Part shown: piece after piece, positions 58,369 through 64,000 of the stretch
Layout of the letters: each line of letters opens with the position of its first letter
How positions within the stretch are numbered: the stretch's first letter is position 1
NCBI RefSeq assembly: GCF_009914755.1
Contig: NC_060930.1
Direction: 5' to 3' (one strand)
DNA: 64,000 nucleotides
Source of the DNA: the human T2T-CHM13v2.0 reference genome, Homo sapiens
Made by a program: the position numbers and the translations under genes
Notes under the pieces: generated by a model
Seen by the model: the letters and a program-made list of their open reading frames with translations, nothing else
Told to the model about the DNA's origin: nothing
The model's database searches: none

Positions 58369-61300
58369 CTATATAGAATGTTGCCAGTAGAAACAAAAGC
58401 ATGTGTATTTGAGACACAAAGGGAAGAATGCTGTCGGTCTCACTTCTTGCCTGACATATTGAGTGGTAAATGACAGCTGGCACAGTAGCCTCTCCCAGAG
58501 GCAAGTGTGTTCACTCCAGAGCCACTTCTACATCCCAGCAATCTGCCCTGCCCAGGCGCAGCACTGCTGTGGTGGCCCAAGTCAGAACTGGATTCTGCAG
58601 ACAGGCTCCCAGGATACAACCAGGGAACCAGGAGGAGGGACTGTGTCATCACTCTTCCTGGGAACGAAAGTGCTGCCTAGCCAAGGTGAACTCATATGGG
58701 GCGAAGTGGAAGGACCTCAAAAAGATACATGAAAATCAAAAGACGTTGCTCCTGACATTGATCCGTAACTAACAGGGGGCATCTGGGTGGATCCTGAAGA
58801 TGCTCCGTGTGCTCTTGTTTGGTTGGGTTTGACTAGGTTCGGTGGGAAGCTCACAGATTTGAGATCACATGATTGGAGTTCATGATGCCTTCCTCCTTTA
58901 ATAGCTGTGCATCCTCAGGCACATCCTCTACCGTAACCTCTCTGGACCTGTACAATGTGGACAGTAATGTCTGTTATGGTTCTGTCTATGTCCCTGTGAA
59001 GAGTAAGCAAGTTAATGGCTATGAAACCATTCAGTAACCTGCAAAATGCCAGCAATGGTGGCATTATGACTGTCTGGGCTCTGTGCTAAGAGTCTATGCT
59101 TGGAGAATGTATTCTGGCCTCTAGGCAACTAGCTTTGGCTTGAGTTGACTGAGACATTTGGCTTCATAGTTATTTTTTGCAGTCCGTCAGCCTACTCTAG
59201 TCTCATCTGTCCAACTACTTCACCATGGGATGTTGGCCAAACCACCCCACCTGTCTGTGCCTCAGTGACTCCTTCTGGAAAATGGGTCTGGTATATAGCT
59301 CCATTTGTCTCAGGGAGACCCATCAAAGCAAATCAAGTTCATTCACTTAACCAGCATTTATCAAGGGTCTACTCTGTGCCTGGCACCTTTAGGGTAGAAT
59401 CATGAATAAAATAAAGCTCCTGCCCTAGAAGAAGAGACAGACAAGTGATCAGTCAGTTCCAAGGCAATAAAATCAGGTTACAAAAGAAAAACAAGGATGA
59501 TGACATGGGGCCCACCAGAAGCCTTGTGCTAAAACAGCAGGATTAGAAGAGACCTTCTTGCCAACTTAATTTCACTAATGTCTCCAGGAAAGAACCTGTG
59601 CTGTGCTCATCTAGGGAGAAATGGTTAAATTGGGAACATTCACCCATCTTGCACAGTGTTGGTCCCCCGTAACACAGAGAGCCACAGGGGGAGAAGTGTC
59701 TATACTTCTTACAGTAATCTCAGGCTTATTGTCCAGAGAGTGTCCAAAGTGGAGATGTCCTTACCTCAGTACCAAACAGAGGGTGATCTCACACCTGGAT
59801 ACTTTGCTAATTTGCCCCCGAAAGTCATTTCTTATTGGGGCCGAAGTAACACTCAGCAGTTGCGAGATTTGATAAGGTGAGAGTGAATCCACAGCACACC
59901 TGGGAGAAGTCTGGATTGCCCTGAGGTCAGCCTTCCCTGACTCACTGACTTGGTGGCTTCACAGCTTCACCTCCAAAGCTGGTGGACAGGCCTTATCCTG
60001 CCCTCTGCCTGTGCTGATGTGAAGACATCATCTGGACTCTTGTCGTATGTAGGGTGGGCGGGGGCCACTGGACAGGTGGCCATAGCACCAAATTATACAG
60101 AAATTCATTCTTTTATTCATTCTTTCATTCACTTATTGAATGGAATCGAATATATCACATGGGCTGAACTCGATATGGCATAACCAGGAAATAGCAGCTT
60201 CTACTCCTCCCTCAACTCCCATCACTGCCCTTCCAACCTTCTCTGTCAGATCTTCTTCCACTAGTAAACATCTCAGGCAGATCCCACACAATTCAGTCCC
60301 TTTTATGTTGAGCTGTTTTCATGTTAGAGTGTTTTAAAAAGCCTAGTGTTAAAACAGTTTAAAACTGTTTCCCATCAAGTTCCATGCTCTTTCCCTTCCC
60401 CCGAGCTCAGGCCTGACCCAAGCTCGTAAAGATTGCATAGTCTGTCTTTTATTATTGCTCTGTCTCTTGTCACTCGCTAGCTGATTTTTGCTCCCAGGGT
60501 AGGGCAGAGAGTCGGGGGAGAGGGAAAGAAGCAAAAATGTCTTTTTCCTTTGCTCCTAGGTGCTGTTGTCTAGCCATTGGCATTCTTTGAATACAGATGC
60601 TGAAATACTGGTTCTTATAAGGTACTTTAGTTAGGTACTTTGGAGCGACCCCATCCCCCTGCCCCAGGTCCTGTGCCTTGCAGTGCCTGGACTTGGAAGA
60701 GTACCCTCCCTGGCAGATTCTTAGGATTCCCCTTCAACCCAAGGGTCATTGGGACACCCCACATGGCCGTCTCATGTCGGGTTCACCTGGCCCTGGCAGT
60801 CAGGGCCCATGGCTGGGGACCTATTAAGAGGACTCAAGCTCAACTCCCATCTTCAGAGTTCACGTGGCCCATGAAAATATGTTCCCCCTATTAAACTCTG
60901 AAAAGCAAGGCTTGCCGAGAGCTTTTTGCTCCCCAAGATGGTGGCAACCAGGGCAGGCCAAAACCCTGCAACTCAGAAAACATCTACCAGAAAGGGAGAT
61001 TTTAAACTCTGCTCCGACTCCCATACTCTCCTGAAGCTATCTTTACTTGGCTCAAGGGGCGGAGAAGCAGCCCACCTCTACCACCTCACTCAATGAGAGG
61101 AAAAGGAAAATAAATGCACAGTGCTTTTGACTATAAATCCCTTACAATCAATCCAAAACCACATCTCTATACTTCTATCTGTATCTATCTATTGTTTTGG
61201 CCAACTCTTAACCAGTCCTGCATGGTTGGTAAGCTGCATCTCTCTTTAGAATATGGGGCCACTTGTTTCACATCTCAGCTTTGGTCATGAGGAGAAATTC

Positions 61301-61659
61301 TCAAACAGAAAAATTTCAGCTTAACTTTCTGCTATTCACTCATTCATTCATATTATTCAGCAAACATTTATCCAATGTGTACTATATGCCCAGGACTATG
61401 CCAAGGTGCACCCAGTAAGAAGCAAAACTGACACAGACTCTGCCCTTTCCTAGATATGCTGGGTGAATCTACCAACTGCTGGCTGCTTGAAACCTTTCAA
61501 GAACATCTAAATTTGATGAACTCAACCTCCTATCAACTGGAACTGTTACTCTGTCACTTGGTGCATGACTACAAAGATAGTTCTGACTTCATGTTTATAA
61601 TAATGATCCCCAATGCTGCAAGATCCTGAAGTGCCTTTGAGTCATCACCAATAACTTAC

Positions 61660-61780
61660 TCATCAGAATTGCTTTCGTGTTGAGTAGATTTTGCTGATAT
61701 CTGATTGTTCAGCAAGTACAAACTTAATTAAGCTTCTATTTTAGTACTAGATACATGCTCTAAGATCAAGACAGAATTCC
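61660..61780 (-). pseudogene. Exon relic: NACHT C-terminal strand/helix
   Basis: Acceptor tctgtttatAG; donor tga|GTAAGT; NSVLILEHVSSTKIEA/LIKFVLAEQ, compare TEP1 HVLALGPLEASARARLVREELA as recalled. Confidence 0.55.
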
Positions 61781-61869
61781 CTATAAACAGAATATTTGCT
61801 AGATCATATCCCATTATTTGAGCAAACTGGATCCAGAATATTTTCTTGTTTGTTTGTAAAGTAGTTCAT

Positions 61870-62340
61870 GTGTACATTTGTGTGTGTGTTTGTAAATCCT
61901 TCCTTTCTTGGTGAATTTTCTTTTATTAGATTGAATTCTCCTGGTATTTTCCTTTTTATCCAGAAAATAGGAGTACCCGCCTTCCTGGCTTAAATGGATA
62001 ATTCATTGAAAGGTTTAACTTGATTTTTTAAATGCAAAGAGATATGTTTTTAAAACACTATTCCTGTTCTTGGCACTGCCAATCAAAAACATTCAACTTA
62101 GAATATCTGATTTGTTCCTGAAGTTGGATCCTATGTATTTTGATTTTGTGAGAATTTAAAAAATCTAATTAAACCTCAGTGTAGATAAAAAGTTTTGATC
62201 TCATACAGGGGAAAACACCAGAGGATCTTTATTGTTGCCAAGTTACATTGATAAAGTTTTGCATTCTAACCCCAGTTCCCTGATGTAATATATAAATCTC
62301 GTTAACCTTATAAATATGATTTTTCAAGAGCAAAGAACTT
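61870..62340 (-). pseudogene. Exon relic: NACHT Walker B / sensor-1 region
   Basis: 61965-61924 encodes FWIKRKIPGEFNLI, compare TEP1 WIPKKLPRCVHLV as recalled; preceded in frame by PFNELS (degenerate Walker B); boundaries uncertain. Confidence 0.45.
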
Positions 62341-63569
62341 CTCCCTTCTTCCTTTATTATGTCTAATTTGCATATAAGCACATAGTCCAAATGTTGGCAG
62401 ATAATAATATTTTAAAGGGCATCGAAGTATAAGAAGAACTACATACTTGCAGATGTGTTATGAAATATACCCCATTAGTCACTTTGTATTTGAAAGGCAG
62501 AAAAACAGGCACCTAGCAACAGCATGCCGTCACTCAGGATTAGAGAAAAGCCACTTTACATCCAGTAACTATTACCCCCTCATTTGGGAGCTGTCAAGCT
62601 AGTACATTTAATTACACAAAAGATCCTTGGCTGTTGATTGTCCATATTCACGGTGAATGACAGTAATGACATCACCAAAGGATGCCTTTTGGTGGTGGAG
62701 GAGACAGGAGACTGGGCTTAGTAGGAGCTCTCCAGATAGGCTCGTCAGTCAGTCCTATGCAGAGAGACCCAAGGCTCCACTTGAGAACTGTGCTTTCTCT
62801 TCTGAAAAGCCATTCATCCTTCCTTCTCTTCCCTCTGAGTGGATTACTGGGTGGGTGGGGAAGGGGGTTGCCCTCCTAGAACACAGAAGTAAGGGTCCAG
62901 AACTTAACACTGTTCAGGAGCAAACTTTCCCCCACCAGCCATGGGGGAAAGCATCAAATGCTGAGCTCTTATTAGACCCAATCAGATGGAATTTTCAGCA
63001 GGTTCTTTCTTCACACTTTTTAGGAGGGTAAAAAGTAACAGGAAGCAAAGGAGATGACGAGAAAGAAGAAAACATCCAAACCTAACATTGGTCTGGGGAG
63101 AGATTCCTTGTGGAACATCAGCAGGCGCTTGCATCTGGGCCAGACAATGTAGGGGCCCCCAAGGCCACTCTGCAGACATCACTGAGCCCCTGTAGCAAAG
63201 ACCAGGGTCCAGAATGAAGATGCACAGCTCAGTCCTCAAGCAGCTCCCTTCAGGCAGGGGAGCTCAGCACCTGAGGAATGTCCCAGAAGCAAGATGTTCC
63301 CTCTGTGTCCTAGAGACTTGGGTGCAGACAGAAACTCACATATGATCAGGTCATATGATCAGGTCTTGCCTTCCAGTTTGAGCCTAGGTTGGATAAGTAG
63401 AGGAGTGTCAAGAAGAGCAGTGGGGATTTGCATGCATGGGGAAGGCCAGGGCTGGAGGCGAGATGGACTTTCCCTGTCTCCTAAAAAACTGAAAAATAAA
63501 CATAAGAGAAAGGAAGGAGGAAGAGAGAAAGGGAAAAAGAGAGGGACCAAAAAAAATAGCATCCATTTG

Positions 63570-63770
63570 AAATAGATGGTTTTAATGATTGTATTGCAAT
63601 GTCATGCACGACATTGTGAATGTAATTAATACCACTAAAAATAGTTAAAATGGCAAGTTGTATGTTATGTAACCATTTTAAATGATGTAATATGCCAAAA
63701 ATCACAGTGTGCATTTTAAATGAAGGAATTATATGGTATCTGAATTTATATCTCAATAGAGCTGTTTTTA
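63570..63770 (+). mobile_element. L1M 3' end fragment(s)
   Basis: 'tgcacgacattgtgaatgtaattaatacc...tatggtatctgaatttatatctcaatagagctgtt'. Confidence 0.7.
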
Positions 63771-64000
63771 GAAGGTGGTATCCACAAGCAAGCATGTGTG
63801 TGTGCACGTGTGTTGGAGTACATTCACATGCACATGTGTGTGTGGCAAGAGTGTCAGTTTCCTAGCTAATCTACTTTGGGTGGAAACTGTCAGTGATGAC
63901 TAGGCAAAGGTGGAGAAGAGAAATGTAACCTACCTGTCCATTGTTCACTGGTGCCCTCGAGAAAGAGAGAAAGAAGTATGACAAATGCTAAAATAATATG

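Noticed and set aside
59760-59880. Minus-strand segment ending in a gag|GTaagg donor
   Set aside because: Lies between two exons that already appear contiguous at protein level; no motif match

Overview
Primate, most likely human, genomic DNA. It is repeat-rich (about 23 Alu copies, old L1M pieces, MIR/L2, a CR1/L3 fossil, ERVL/ERV1 LTR elements, hAT and Tigger DNA-transposon relics), and no intact protein-coding gene is evident. Most ORF-track entries are repeat read-through or chance ORFs. The main result is a decayed, intron-containing gene on the minus strand at about 50.4-62.7 kb. Its exon relics are mostly bounded by GT/AG. With stops and frameshifts they translate, in collinear order, into motifs of a TEP1/NWD/APAF1-type STAND (NACHT) NTPase: sensor-1, HD1, winged helix, HD2 and the 'LEW' linker. 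Possible WD40 exons lie further downstream, to about 16.9 kb, so this is a candidate unprocessed (possibly unitary) pseudogene. One of its exons is split by an Alu, and one intron holds a hAT transposase fossil split by an ERV1 solo LTR. Three local inverted duplications look like template-switch scars: a 43-bp-stem hairpin at 6.2 kb, a ~175-bp inverted copy at 34.7/35.7 kb and a 19-bp-stem hairpin at 39.4 kb. Repeat family names and protein similarities come from recalled consensus motifs, not from database searches.
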